A stretch of 60,000 bases of DNA, from NCBI GenBank assembly GCA_038087875.1, contig CM075988.1:12154001-12214000 (forward strand), given 5' to 3'. A program made the translations under genes and the position numbers. Origin of the DNA: Malacoraja senta (Eukaryota). The notes under the pieces were generated by a model that was not told where the DNA came from, ran no database searches, and was given only the letters and a program-made list of their open reading frames with translations. This document shows positions 1 through 11,889 of this stretch, one piece after another. Each line of letters opens with the position of its first letter. Position 1 is the stretch's first letter.

Positions 1-834
1 CCCTTTGAATGAAACAATGGTGTTTGATTTACGGCTCAGTAACCTCAAAACATTATTGGCAATTCTAAGCCAATACGGAGTCATGCGCTCCTTGAATAGA
101 AGAATGCTCATGAGCAGTTGCCTGTTAACATCAATTTATTTTTGTTCCAAAATAGTCATATGTTCAAAGAAAGTATGAGTTTTCTGTTGTATTGATGAGC
201 TGTCATATGTGCATTCAATTGCTAAATGTGCTAGGTTGATGAGGAATGGATTTTTCAATATGTTGCAAACCATCTTCAAAATAGCTTATTTTCAGTTTAT
301 CTTGACATTTGCCTTCCTACATTTATCGGTCAACTATTTTTAGCAGTTAACTAATGCGCAAAATATCATTTACAGCAGATAACAAACACACAAGGTCTAA
401 AAGACGGTGTGAACGAGGACATTATGTGTGACTTTAACTCCACTTTGCAGAATTCCATTGGAATAAGCATCGTTGAAGCCAGATCATTGACACTTTTCAT
501 TTTTCACAGAACACCCTTCTCAATCTGACCTTCCTTCAAGGAGTTATCCAAGATTAATCACAATGAGTGCCATCAGTATGAATTAAAAACAACTTTTTGT
601 GCATATTTTTCATTTTTCTGCCAACACCTAAGATCTTGGGAAACATCTTCTGTTTATAGTCCAATCAGGCAGACGGATATCAAGATGTTGCTTGGTTCAT
701 CACTGATTGTAACTGTAACTCACTGGTTTCAGAGAGGCATCTGCACATGTGTGCAGAGGTCTTTATCAAAGACTAAGGATATGTTAATGAGCTGAGGAAA
801 TCATGCTGTTTCTCAACATTTCCGATTTTCTTAT

Positions 835-986
835 TAAGTTCATAAGTTCATAAGTTATAGGAGTTGAATTAGGTATTTGGCCCGTCAAGTCCACTCTGCC
901 ATTCAATCATGGCTGTTCTATCTTTTCCCTATCAACACCATTCTTCTGCCTTCTCCCCATAACCCCTGACGCCCGTACTAATCAAG
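835..986 (-). mobile_element. CR1/HER1 LINE 3' end fragment
   Basis: Reverse complement of the recurrent CR1 3' end (gccattcaatcatggctg...ccattcttctgccttctccccataacc) with a short cataagtt tail repeat. Confidence 0.8.
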
Positions 987-1179
987 TCTGGGTTAATTAA
1001 GGTCAATTTGTGCAAAGTGTGTATATAGTTTGTGGATTCTGAAATGCTTTCCACTTGGGAATGTGCAGTACAAGGGGAGTGGAAGAATTGCATAGTTGAA
1101 CATACCCTTCCCACCTCCTGTACAGATCTTCGGCAGTCCCTTGGGGACAATGACAGCTGTTGTGGGTTATGAGGAAGTT

Positions 1180-1600
1180 AACGTGGCCATTGTGGGAGCT
1201 CCACAGCTGGAGGGGGTGGGATGGGATTTGCAGGTAGTGAGCCTCTCTGGTGGCTGAAACAGAGCAGCTTCATCCTGCAAACGCACAGACTTGATATATT
1301 CAAGACCAAGCCGAATGCTGCTCCTCCACTTTGACCAGGCGTTGGCCAGATATGTCAAGAGGTTGGTAGGAATGGTGGATTTCCACAAGGTGGCCTTTGA
1401 GTACCATTGTTGAATATTTTCCTCACATCATTGGTGATCTCTTGCCAGGTAGGACTTTGATTGGACCATCTGTTCCCACAAGTGAAAGATGAGCCTTCTC
1501 AACACCGCCGACTGAGAGTAATTAGGTCTCACTACCAGGGTCACTGACCTTGTAGAGAACACTGACATTGGTTCACTTATCCTTTCAGTTAATTTGGAGG
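1180..1600 (-). mobile_element. Degraded RTE-clade LINE, ORF2 C-terminal region
   Basis: Minus-strand translation fragments such as LKATLWKSTIP...LANAWSKWRSSIRLG and NVSVL resemble the RTE C-terminus; many frameshifts. Confidence 0.5.
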
Positions 1601-2190
1601 AGTTTATGGAGACAATGGCTGTAACTGCATGCACTCTGTCCTGTAACAATACAGAAGGATACACATGTCCTTTCAAAAACCAGTAAATTAAAATCTAGAC
1701 TGCAGAATGAAGTGTAACACTTCACAGAGAATAGGACACATCCTTTCAAGGAATCTCACTTCACTTTGCATCACTATGGGATTATATCCATGCTCAGGGC
1801 TTACAGTACCAGGTGCATGAAGCTGATCATAAACACAGAATTAATAGCTATTGTGCTGATGCGGGGTACTTTGCTTGATCTTGGTTGGGTTGTAAATGTT
1901 GTCAGGAAATGTCACAGCTCTTTCACACCATCTTTAATGTTGCAGCAAAGTGATTTCTGCTATGAAATGATAATGACGACAGCCCGTGAGCAGAGGCAGT
2001 GTCAAGTCAAATCAATCTGCAGATGCATGCGTTGGAACAGGTGGCACTTGGTCGCTTGAAACGCAGCATGTTTATTGCAGTGCAAACGTAGGTTTTTCCA
2101 GTTTATTGGAGAAAATCTTCAGAGTAGAGGCAATTTTCATTAGGCCCATTGCATTGTTCATTTTTCACATATATCTTTTGCCAAACAACT

Positions 2191-2535
2191 GTTTAGTTTA
2201 TTATTGTCATGTGTAACGAGGTACAACAAAAAGGTATCCAGTCAAAGAAAAAACATACATGATTACAGTCAAGCCGTCCTGTATCCCGCACAGATACAGG
2301 ATAACAGCTGCAATGTTTAATGTAGATAAAATCCAATAAAGTTTGATTAAAGATAGTTTGCATAATCGCCAATGAGGTAGATAATCGGTCAGAACTGCTT
2401 TCTAACTGGTGAGAGGATGATCAACAGCTGGGAAGAAACTGTCCTTGAATCTGGAGGTATGCATTTTAAACTTCCATATCTCTTATCTGATGGGAGAGGA
2501 GAGAAGAGGGAGCGACCGGGGTGAGACTGACCCGT
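2191..2535 (-). mobile_element. Rex1/Babar-like LINE 3' fragment
   Basis: gtttagtttattattgtca tail; ORF 2389-2613 contains SHPGRSLFSPLPSDKRYGSLK, homologous to the C-terminus of the 12109-12639 ORF. Confidence 0.7.
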
Positions 2536-2544
2536 GAGGGAGTG

Positions 2545-2672
2545 GACAGATGACATTTTGAGTCGAAACCTTGACCCAAAATGTCGTCCCTTCACAGATA
2601 TTGCCCGACTCACTGAGTTCCACCAGCACTGTGTGTTTTGCTTAAGATTTCAGCATTTGCAGTTCCTGGTGT
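2545..2672 (+). mobile_element. Penelope-derived short element (degraded)
   Basis: gacccaaaatgtc...ctgagttccaccagcactgtgtg...cagcatttgcagttcc matches the family consensus seen at 18011-18143. Confidence 0.6.
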
Positions 2673-3139
2673 TAGCAATCAGATATTGTTTGTAAAATCT
2701 TGTATGGTAATGGTGGTGGTGTGTATGGCATTTGCCACATTGTAGTTTGACTAGTCCTGACACCAAGAGCCAAACGTGCTTCATGACATTTAACCAACAA
2801 AGTAAACTTTGGCACTGACCTGAGAGACTGTGTGTCCCCTGGAAAAATACCATTTGTTCCCTCTGTAGTGAGATAGAAACAACCAAATATGTATTCATGA
2901 CAAGCATCCAGACAATTTCATGAGTGTTGCCCCATTGTTTGCCATGTGTATGGACAACACTATCTGATTTTATCTGTCTGCAGCCACTTTTAAAATTTTA
3001 ATTGACAATAACTAACTCAAATTAGACACTGAAGATAGAAATTCTGTACTTTGGTGCAACATCGATTTAAAGATGAATTATTAAATCTTGCTCCTGTTAT
3101 GTATTCTGGCAGCTTAGATAGATATTAGAATGTTTAATC

Positions 3140-3600
3140 AACACGGATGATCCCGAGTTTCCATTTGTCTGTCATTTGATGTCATCCCTCTCTGAACTTT
3201 GTGCCTTTGGCCTCTGAGGCTCAACCAACAAAGTTCAGCATAAACCTGAGAACCACTCCTAAATTTCTGACTTTCAAGACTCTACACTGACCTCAACAGT
3301 TAATCAGTCATTTCAGTCTTGTATCTTCACCATTCTGTTTGTTTTCACTTTTCTCTCTCCTTTACTGGTACTTTAATTTAATTTACAATTCCTCCTCGTG
3401 TACTTTTCACACAGTGTCATTCCTTTTCTGTGGAATCTCAGTCTATCTGCTCTTTCTCCATTTAATTTGCATCTGAAACTTGTTTCATATCCAGCGTTTT
3501 CCAAATTCGATGACAGGTGAAGTGTTGCCTTGAAATGTAAATACAATTCTTCTCTCCACAGATTCTATCTGGCATACTCAGTATTTCCAGAATTAACTTT
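3140..3600 (+). mobile_element. Old Penelope-like retroelement: GIY-YIG C-terminal remnant plus terminal repeat
   Basis: ccc gag ttt cca ttt gtc tgt cat (PEFPFVCH) resembles the PLE 'LPVACHFN' motif, followed by a degenerate gaaatgt...ttctctccacagat...cagtatttccag terminal repeat. Confidence 0.45.
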
Positions 3601-4026
3601 TTTGTTGTGTTATGGATGTTTAAAATCTCTTATACATAATGCCAGTGTTTTTGTGGGATGGTGGTGGCTGGAAGAGGCATGGAGAATGATAACACAGAAT
3701 TGGGTGTTATTTTTCCCAGGCAAGAAGTTTAATTTTCTCCCAAAATCTATCAATGAAATGTTGCCATTCCCACAATTAACTTGCTAATTACATAACATAC
3801 ACTGTAAATGAAAATCAGCAACTCATATCACAGTTTATTTGGATTACATTAGCAAGTGGAATGGAGAGCAGAGCTTCTCAGCACCAGCCAAAAGTACAGA
3901 AAGGTGAGAGCTATGAACCTGAACAAAACCAAAAGTTTGCATCTTGATTGCTGCAATATTTCAAACAATTGATTTGTTCTTGATACGATCCTATCTGTGT
4001 GAAGAAATCACTGGGATAGTTTGATC

Positions 4027-4047
4027 TTCTCTCTCTCTCTCTCTCTC
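4027..4047. repeat. (CT)n microsatellite
   Basis: Direct reading of the sequence. Confidence 0.9.
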
Positions 4048-6366
4048 CTACAATCAATGGTGAGGGTTTTCTCGGAGCTATGAAGCATTTTCTTTGAGAT
4101 TACCTGCAAAGCTCATAATTAAATACACAAGGGAGGAAACACACTGTAATGAATTTGCACTGCACAAGATATTACAAGCTGCTGTTGTCACCAAGCATGG
4201 TTGTTTGAAGATGGTGTAATGGGCCGTCCTCTGTTCCACCCATTACCATTTTCTGGATTTGATTTATTTCCCCATCGCCATCTCTCCTCATCTCCAATCA
4301 ATCAGCTCGTCAGTATAATGATGGCCATCAGAACTGAAAATCTGTTATTGACAGCAGTTCTCTTTTTGGTTGCTGCATCTGGAAGCCATTACGTGCAACA
4401 CCTTCCAATATGTCCAGTTGAGGTTCGTGTTTGCATCCTCAAAGAGGCAGAGGGCTCATCAATTCTTAACAACCTCTTGCCAGTTGTTTCTAATCCCATT
4501 ATATCTGAGAGACAGTTCAGAAATACTCTCCACAGCTGAGCTCCTCAGTGTCGATGTATCCTATGTTAAGTATGAGACTGCTGCAAAAGGTTGAGTGGAT
4601 CAGTTTCAGCACAACAACTAAAGAGTTGCTTTCTGAATGTCACAAAACAATTGCTGGAAGATACTCAATTGAATCAGAGGAAAACACAACAATTTATATG
4701 CAAGTATTTTGTGAATTGAGGCTGTTCTGCAATAATGTGACTTTCAATGATTAGTTAGCATCAAATGTACTGATGCTCGAATATGAAAAGAATATTGCTG
4801 GACAGACAATTGAATTTATATTCCATCACTTTGGGGGAAGGTGAGTTGGTTGACAATGACAATGCTTCTCCATGATGTTTTCTGTCATTCGTCGATCTGT
4901 TTCCTCTGCTCATTCTTCTCAAACAGGGATTGGAAGGCAGTGTTCTAAAATCACAAGTCTGTCTTTACATTGTCTCCCCCTTCCCCCTGCCCCTCTCTCT
5001 GTTTGCCTGCTGGAAAACTTTTTTCGGCAAAGATCGATGAAAACACAAAACCCATTCCTGGCTGTCAGTGGCGTCAGTGAGCAAGGCACTTTCCCAATTC
5101 CTCCAAGGTTCAACCAGGCTTATGTTTGAATAGATGGATTAGAAATTTGTGAACCTGACTCCATCCCCTTTTCTCAACCGTTCAACCAAGCTTGTTGTTT
5201 GAACCGATGGATTGGAAAACTCGTAAAAACTCAGTTTAATCTTTCCTAGTTGACACAGAAGGAATGCTGGAGGTATGTCAAAAATCTACAGGTCGTTTCA
5301 ATCAAGAATATTATGTGTCAACAGTGTGCAATCAAACAGGAGGTGCCACTTTTTGGGAATGGTACAAATCTTGTGTTTTATTTCATGAATTTTAAAGATT
5401 TATTTCCTACTCTGGGAAAGAACAGATATTCTTTTTATTCTATCCATCTCAAAAATGTTCAATTGATAATTAGTTTTTTTTGTAGAGTATGGCATTTTGT
5501 TGATTGGAAAAGTGCTAGAATTTCTTGTGAACAAAGTAATTCATGGCACATGTCATGCTTTGAGGCAACTGAAAGAGTTGCAAATAAATGTAAGTCATGG
5601 TTTTAAGACTCAATTATTGGGTCTCCACATTGATGAAAAACGTTTTTGGATGGATTGACAGAATAAATTATGATTGTAGTTCATCTGTCACATTGATATG
5701 TAATAATTACAATTAAAACCCTTTATGGGAGACCTATTCAAGAGGCCATTAAAAACTCTGGGACTTTTAAGATCTTGTATGGAAGAGATTCATTCGTTTT
5801 CAGAATGAGGGATTACAGTTGCTATTCTCAGAAAGTTAAGGGAAGATTTGATAAAGTCCATTTAAAATCATAACAGTTTTACATTCAACAGTTTCTGATG
5901 GCTGAAAGGTTGATAATCTCAGGTGGAGAAATAGATGGAATTGTTGGAATCGGGAACAAAAACAAAATGCTGGCAAAGCTCAGTGGGTCAGGCAGCCTAT
6001 GTGGGGGGGAAAATGGGTTGAGACCTTGCATCAGGGCTAATGTGGAGAGGGAAGATACGCATGTAAAGAGGAGAGGGAGAGAGGTGAGACAGAGACAACA
6101 TCAAGATAAATCTTGTATGGTTAAGATTTGGAATTGATTAGGCAGTGGATATTGAATCAATAATAGGCTTTTAAAAGAAATTTAGTTGATTTCTTTTATC
6201 AAGAAAAATGGTTGCATATGTGAATTCTGGAACAAGGGAGAGACCTACTGGATTTCACTTCATACGAGCTGGTGCAGAATCAAAGGACAAAATGGTCTCC
6301 TGAATGCGATACTATTCTGTGACTCTACGGACCAGTTTCCAATGCAACATGAAGGTCCTCATAAAA

Positions 6367-6745
6367 TGTAGAATGTAGAACAGTACAGCATAGAAACAGG
6401 ATCTTTTGTCGACAATATATGTGCTGAACATGATGCCAAGACCAATTCTTATCTGCCTACATATAATCCATGTCATTCCATTCCCTGCATATCCATGTTC
6501 CTATCCAAATGTCTCTTAAATGCCATTATCTGCCTCCACCACCACCCCGATAAGTATGTTCAAGGATACATACCATCCTCTGTGTAAAAACAAAAAATTG
6601 CTCTGCAAAGTCCTTAAACCCTGAAAGTGACACCCTCCCGATAGAGTGGAAGGTATGACCTTACTGTATTTTGTATATCCATCCTGGGGCAAAAGTTCTT
6701 CCCTATCTATGCCACACATAATCTGACATACTATCAGGTCTCCCT
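6367..6745 (-). mobile_element. CR1 LINE 3' fragment
   Basis: tagaatgtagaacagtacagca tail, atccatgttcctatccaaatgtctcttaaa, accatcctctgtgtaaaaa: reverse complement of a CR1 3' end. Confidence 0.7.
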
Positions 6746-9157
6746 TCAACTGCACGTGATGCCTTGCCCCTTCTGTTATACCGATCACTATCCCATTAGC
6801 GTTTTCAATATATTCTGGTTATGTTTTCGACAGCAGAAATAAAAGTCAGTTGCCTGTGGCCACAATAATTCACACACAGTCAAATACTTCTCACCCGCCC
6901 ACCGACCTAGCCCCCAAAACACCCACATCTCAGCAGAGGATGTAAGCAAAGCTAGCATACCCATCGACTCAAGTTCACTGTACTGTATTTATGATGAAAA
7001 TGCAAGATGTTTCACATCTGATATTACCTTCGTAAATGACTTAATAACATTGACTGTAATGTTGCTCATGATGCTGAATAAGGAAACAAGATTAAAATAT
7101 GGTTCCCAGGAGTTCTGTTGTTTGATGTTTCCATGGACTGTTATCTTAATTGCTGAATTTCAGATGATATAATTTTCAATCACATCTGTGGTGCCTCATA
7201 AAACAAAGAAGTGGAGGTATGACCTTACTGTATTTCCTCCTCATAATGCAGAAACAAAGGATAATAGGTATATTTATGGTCACAGAACAGGCAGGAGTCC
7301 TGACCTAGTTTGCTTTGGGATGTGTTTCTTTTTATTAGCTATTTCACTAATAATAAAGGCAGACATGAATCCCAGGGGGATTATTGCAAAACGCATATCT
7401 GAGACTTTCTTGATTAGATTTGGAGTGTTGACATTCAAATCCTGTCTGACCGGCAATTAATTGGTTTGCGTCCCTTTGACATCTGTGGCTGTGTCACGGA
7501 ATTGTTTTTCAGCTGCGGTACTGACGGCAGCTTCTGGTGACATTTAATTTCCTCTGAAAGCTGGCCGGTATCGCTGTGTTCCCTGCAGTAATTGAGAGGA
7601 ATCCTTAAGATAACTCTGGTTCTTCCAGTTTATTTCTAACACTGCTAACATTGCTCTTGCGGCTGTCACCATAAGCCTCCTGACTGGAGTCCAGCGAGGC
7701 CCAAACTGGATGCGATGGGCTGAATGGTCTCCCAGCATGCAAAAGACAATTATCCCAACAAACATAAGATGAACCTATCCATCTCTTCCTTCTTATCCTC
7801 CGGCAGGACTGAGATACCTTCACTGTTTCAATCTACGGTTATTTCCCATTAATCCGTACAAGGCTTGTGCAATGTAATTTATCTAAATCATAATTGATAA
7901 ATCACTGATGATTCAACACTTCTATTGTGCCATAATACCAATCAGTTTTTTCTCGTTCATTATTTCTGTCATTTTGATCTTGAATAATGCAGTATGAAAT
8001 AATTTAACGCAATTCCTGTGAGAGGTTGTGGGGCAGCTTGTGTTTGCTCTGCTGGCATGTAACTTTAGATGAAGCATCTCCCTTGGAATGCCATCCTGTC
8101 ATGTGTGAGTGTACATCGCCACATTCCTCCTCTCTTTTAAAATTGTATATATTGTTCCCTTTCTCCAGTGGGAAAAAATTCTGGTTGTGAAAAGAAAAAA
8201 ATGTGATCAGAATGTTAACGTTCACCATTAAACTTGCCACACAGTTGTGTGCTCCAGTTGCTGCACTGCTCCTGTTGTCAGCACCACCCTTAACTTTCCC
8301 ATTGATTTTATTTTATTTTCATTTTCATGAATGCAGGTTGCCCTCCAGTGAATGTCACCAGGGTGTTCTGTAGGAGAGGCATCCCAACAGTGCCATTGAT
8401 TTGCACATGTATTTTCCAGCAGGGTGAGATAAATACTGCTCATGCAGTGCTGAAAAAATCATTCAGCTGTCAAATTAAATTTGGGGCGGAGAAAAAAAGC
8501 TTTCACAAAATCTTTTATTGTTCGTGGTTGCAACTGTGATCTTCTCATGTTTCTTGTCTATTTTGTATTTTTGCCCTTTCTGCATTTGCCAAAGATCTAC
8601 AAAGGAACACATAGTTTTGGTTTTGATTTAGCCCAGAGTCAGCAGCTTAAGGGGTCTTTATGTCCATGCCACGACCATTCATGTTTGGATTGATGTTTTT
8701 CTTCATGTGAAGTACTGTGGCCATTGCAAGAATACCAATATCAATTAATCTGCATCTTAGGACATTACAGATGTGGTTTAACTAAATCATATAAGGTATA
8801 GAGATGACATACTTGTCAACTTTGATGCCATTTGTGATCAATAAATTATTGGACAGGGACCTCCGCTGATCAAGCCGTGGATAATTTCACTATCAATCAC
8901 AATTCGATCACGATTCTGTGGTTTCGTAGACAGAAGAAACAAAGATGGTTCAATATTTTCATGATTGCACCACTGCAACTGAGACCAAATGTCCTGGTCA
9001 GAGACACCCCCGTAATCATCAGGTTTGGGGAATCTCATGCAGTGGTGGAAGTTGCAAAGCCATGCCCTTGCCATTTATGCCACTGCACACTATTGCCAGA
9101 CAGTATATTGGTCATTAGACCTGGAGCAGGAGCAGCTTCTCATAAGCATGGAGAGAA

Positions 9158-9385
9158 TTCATAAGTTTGTAACTTGTAAATGTAGAATTAGCCCACCAGG
9201 TCTCCTCTGCTATTCAATCATGGCTGATCTATTTTTCTTTCTTGATCCCATTCTCCTGCCTTCTCCCAATATTCCTTGACATCCGTACTAATCAAGAATC
9301 TATCAACCTCCACCTGAAAAAATGTCCATTGACGGCCTCCAGAGCCTTCTGTGGCAGTGAATTCCACAGATTCACCACAACCTGA
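9158..9385 (-). mobile_element. CR1/HER1 LINE 3' fragment
   Basis: attcaatcatggctgatcta...gaattccacagattcaccac. Confidence 0.75.
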
Positions 9386-9509
9386 TCGAATTGGATGAGT
9401 CTAGAATTAAAGGTGATTTACATATTTTTAATTGTGTATTTGCTTTCATGTTTCTAATTTTTTGAAATATTTTTAAATGACCAATTAATTTTAGTTTTAA
9501 CTGAAATAC

Positions 9510-9836
9510 AGTTTAATTTAGTTTAAGGATGCAGCATGGAAAGAGGTTTTCAGCCCACCGAGTCTATGCTGACCGTCAGCGATCATCCATTCACGCTCGT
9601 TCTGGTTATCTCACTTTTCACCCACCCTGTACACATCAGCGGCAATTTACAGAGGCCAATTATTCTATAAACCCACATGTCTTTGGGATGTGGGAGGAAA
9701 CTGGAGGACCTGGAGGAAACCCACGTGGTCACAGGGAGAACGTTCGAATGCCACACACACAGCACACAATGACAGGATTGAATATGGGTCTCTGGTGCTA
9801 TGAGGCAGCATCTCTACCAGCTGCGCCACTGTGCCA
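9510..9836 (-). mobile_element. HE1-type tRNA-derived SINE
   Basis: gtttagttta tail, tgtgggaggaaac core, ctctaccagctgcgccac head (tRNA A-box, reversed). Confidence 0.8.
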
Positions 9837-9986
9837 CACTGATTGATGAAAAATTAAAATTCAAATGTATTAAATGCTTTGTATACTCAGGAAATTCAGA
9901 AGCATTCTAAGTCTTTAACGAGCCTGACATCCTGAATTTTTATATTTGCCATTTTCATACGGGGGCCAAGTTCTGATGATCTGACA

Positions 9987-10580
9987 AGTTTAGAAGGTTG
10001 AGGGGGGACCTCATTGAATAATGAAAGGTATAGATAGAGTGGATGTGGAAAGGATGTTTCCACTTGTGGGAGAGCCTAGGACCAGAGGTCATAGTCTCAG
10101 AATTAAAGGGCGCTCTTTTAGAAAGGAGGTGAGGAGGAACTTTTTTAGTTAGAGGGTAGTTAATCTGTGGAACTCATTGCCACAGAGGGTTGTGAAGGCC
10201 AAGTCAGTAGATATTTTTAATAATAATAATAATATCTTTTATTGTCATTGCACATATGTGCAACGAGATTTGGTATGCAGCTTCCATCGAATGTCATAAC
10301 TTAAACAACTAATAAAATTTAGATTTAGATACCCCGAGAAACATGATTTATAAAAAGAACAGTAAAACACTCAAAACAGTCTAAAGTGCAAATGTGTCTG
10401 TGCGACGTGACCATCCGAGGGAGACAGAGATAGACAAATTCTTGATTAGAACGGGTGGCAAGGCTTATGGGGAGAAGGCAGGAAAATGGGATTAGGAGGC
10501 AGAGATCAGCCATGATTGAATGGCGGAGTTGGCTCGATGAGCTGAATCGCCTAATTCTACTCCTATAACTTGTGACCTTG
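9987..10580 (+). mobile_element. CR1 LINE 3' fragment interrupted by a minus-strand LINE tail (about 10218-10423)
   Basis: RT C-terminal-coding stretch gacctcattgaa...gtggatgtggaaaggatgtttcc...cagccatgattgaatggcgg; the insert begins with (taa)n and tttattgtca. Confidence 0.8.
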
Positions 10581-10942
10581 TGACCCATTGAGTTGCAGAT
10601 AGCCTCGCATGTAGACCTTTTGATGAGCGAACAAAAAGTTCCCATGTTGATTTTTTTTCATCACTCAACCTTTTTTATGTGTATATGGTCTTATTAATTC
10701 AACAGTTTGGTACTCATTTAGTTTTTGATCCAACTGTTGACTTAATTCACAAGGGTGATGAATCACCGTTTTCATTACAGGGATGAATTTATGTTTATCA
10801 TGTTAGAACAAGCTGGATGAGTTATATCTGCTGAACTAAACATCAAATAGGTTCACACCAGACTCTTGGAAATGCAAGATCCCTCAGGAATGGTGGCAGA
10901 AGTGAAGAGGGGTAAAAAAACAAAAACAAGTTACATTAATAT

Positions 10943-11080
10943 GTGTCGGAAGGAGCTGCAGATGTTGATTTATACCGAAGATAGACACAAAATGCTGGCC
11001 TAACTCAAAGCGTCAGGCAGCATCTCTGGAGAAAAAAAATAGGTGATGTTTCAGGTTGGAATCCTTCTTCAGACTCAGTG
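10943..11080 (-). mobile_element. Penelope-derived short element with 10-bp TSD
   Basis: Family consensus in reverse; acattaatat at 10933-10942 and 11081-11090. Confidence 0.8.
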
Positions 11081-11889
11081 ACATTAATATTTGTGTTTTA
11101 TTTACTGCAGAAGAAGTGTTCAGCTTTCATTGTGATAATCCATATTTTGAGACGATTGATGTAAAATCAATGGTACTTTATTGTCACATGTGTCTTGGTA
11201 CAGTAAAATTTATTTTTGCATAAAGTTCAATAAAAATCTTACTAAACATAAGCAAATCCGTACTTCAGTACAAGAGTGTGGGAATAGTAGATTGCGTTGA
11301 GGCAGTAGATGAGAGTCACCACGTTTCCAGTGCCATTTTGTATGATTCAAGTCCAAAGTGTGGAGTGTTAACTTGGCCATAAATGTTTGTTGACCTGGCA
11401 GCAGTACTGTGTCGAAGTTGCAGGGTCGGCCTGTCCAGGTGATGTTGTCAGTGTCCTCCACCACAGCTCTGCCACTCCGTGCCTCTGCAGGCTGCATCCA
11501 ACCTGCGCACTCGGCCACTTGGAGCAGCATCTGATCAAATCGAGTCCCAGGTTGCCCCAGAAGGAACATGTAGGCCATTGAGTTATCAGTTGGCAAATTG
11601 TATTGACCAGGGCTTGTCATGTCCGACATACCAGATAACTGAGATTTTACTGTACCGGTATGGCTGTCGGTGTTGTCTTTGGCTGAATCTTTTGTTTAAG
11701 ACTGAAGCAAATTTATTCCAGACTCGAACATGTATTTGATTCTGGGACTACTCCAATAATTGACCTGATCATCATTAAAACCTCATACTTCCTTGTCTGT
11801 AACTTTGCCAGACTGCCCCTGCTTAAGCTGATCTGGTGCTAGAACCCTTGCCTATGCATTTTATTTAAGTTCTCACCCTATATTAATCA

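Noticed and set aside
4201..4754. Cluster of overlapping plus-strand ORFs
   Set aside because: No recognisable domain or splice structure; sizes are expected by chance
7164..7216. cag|...GAG|gtatga exon-like segment
   Set aside because: Stop codons in all three frames
11210..11739. 139-aa minus ORF and overlapping plus ORFs
   Set aside because: Adjoins a LINE 3' tail and is probably its GC-rich UTR; no protein motif
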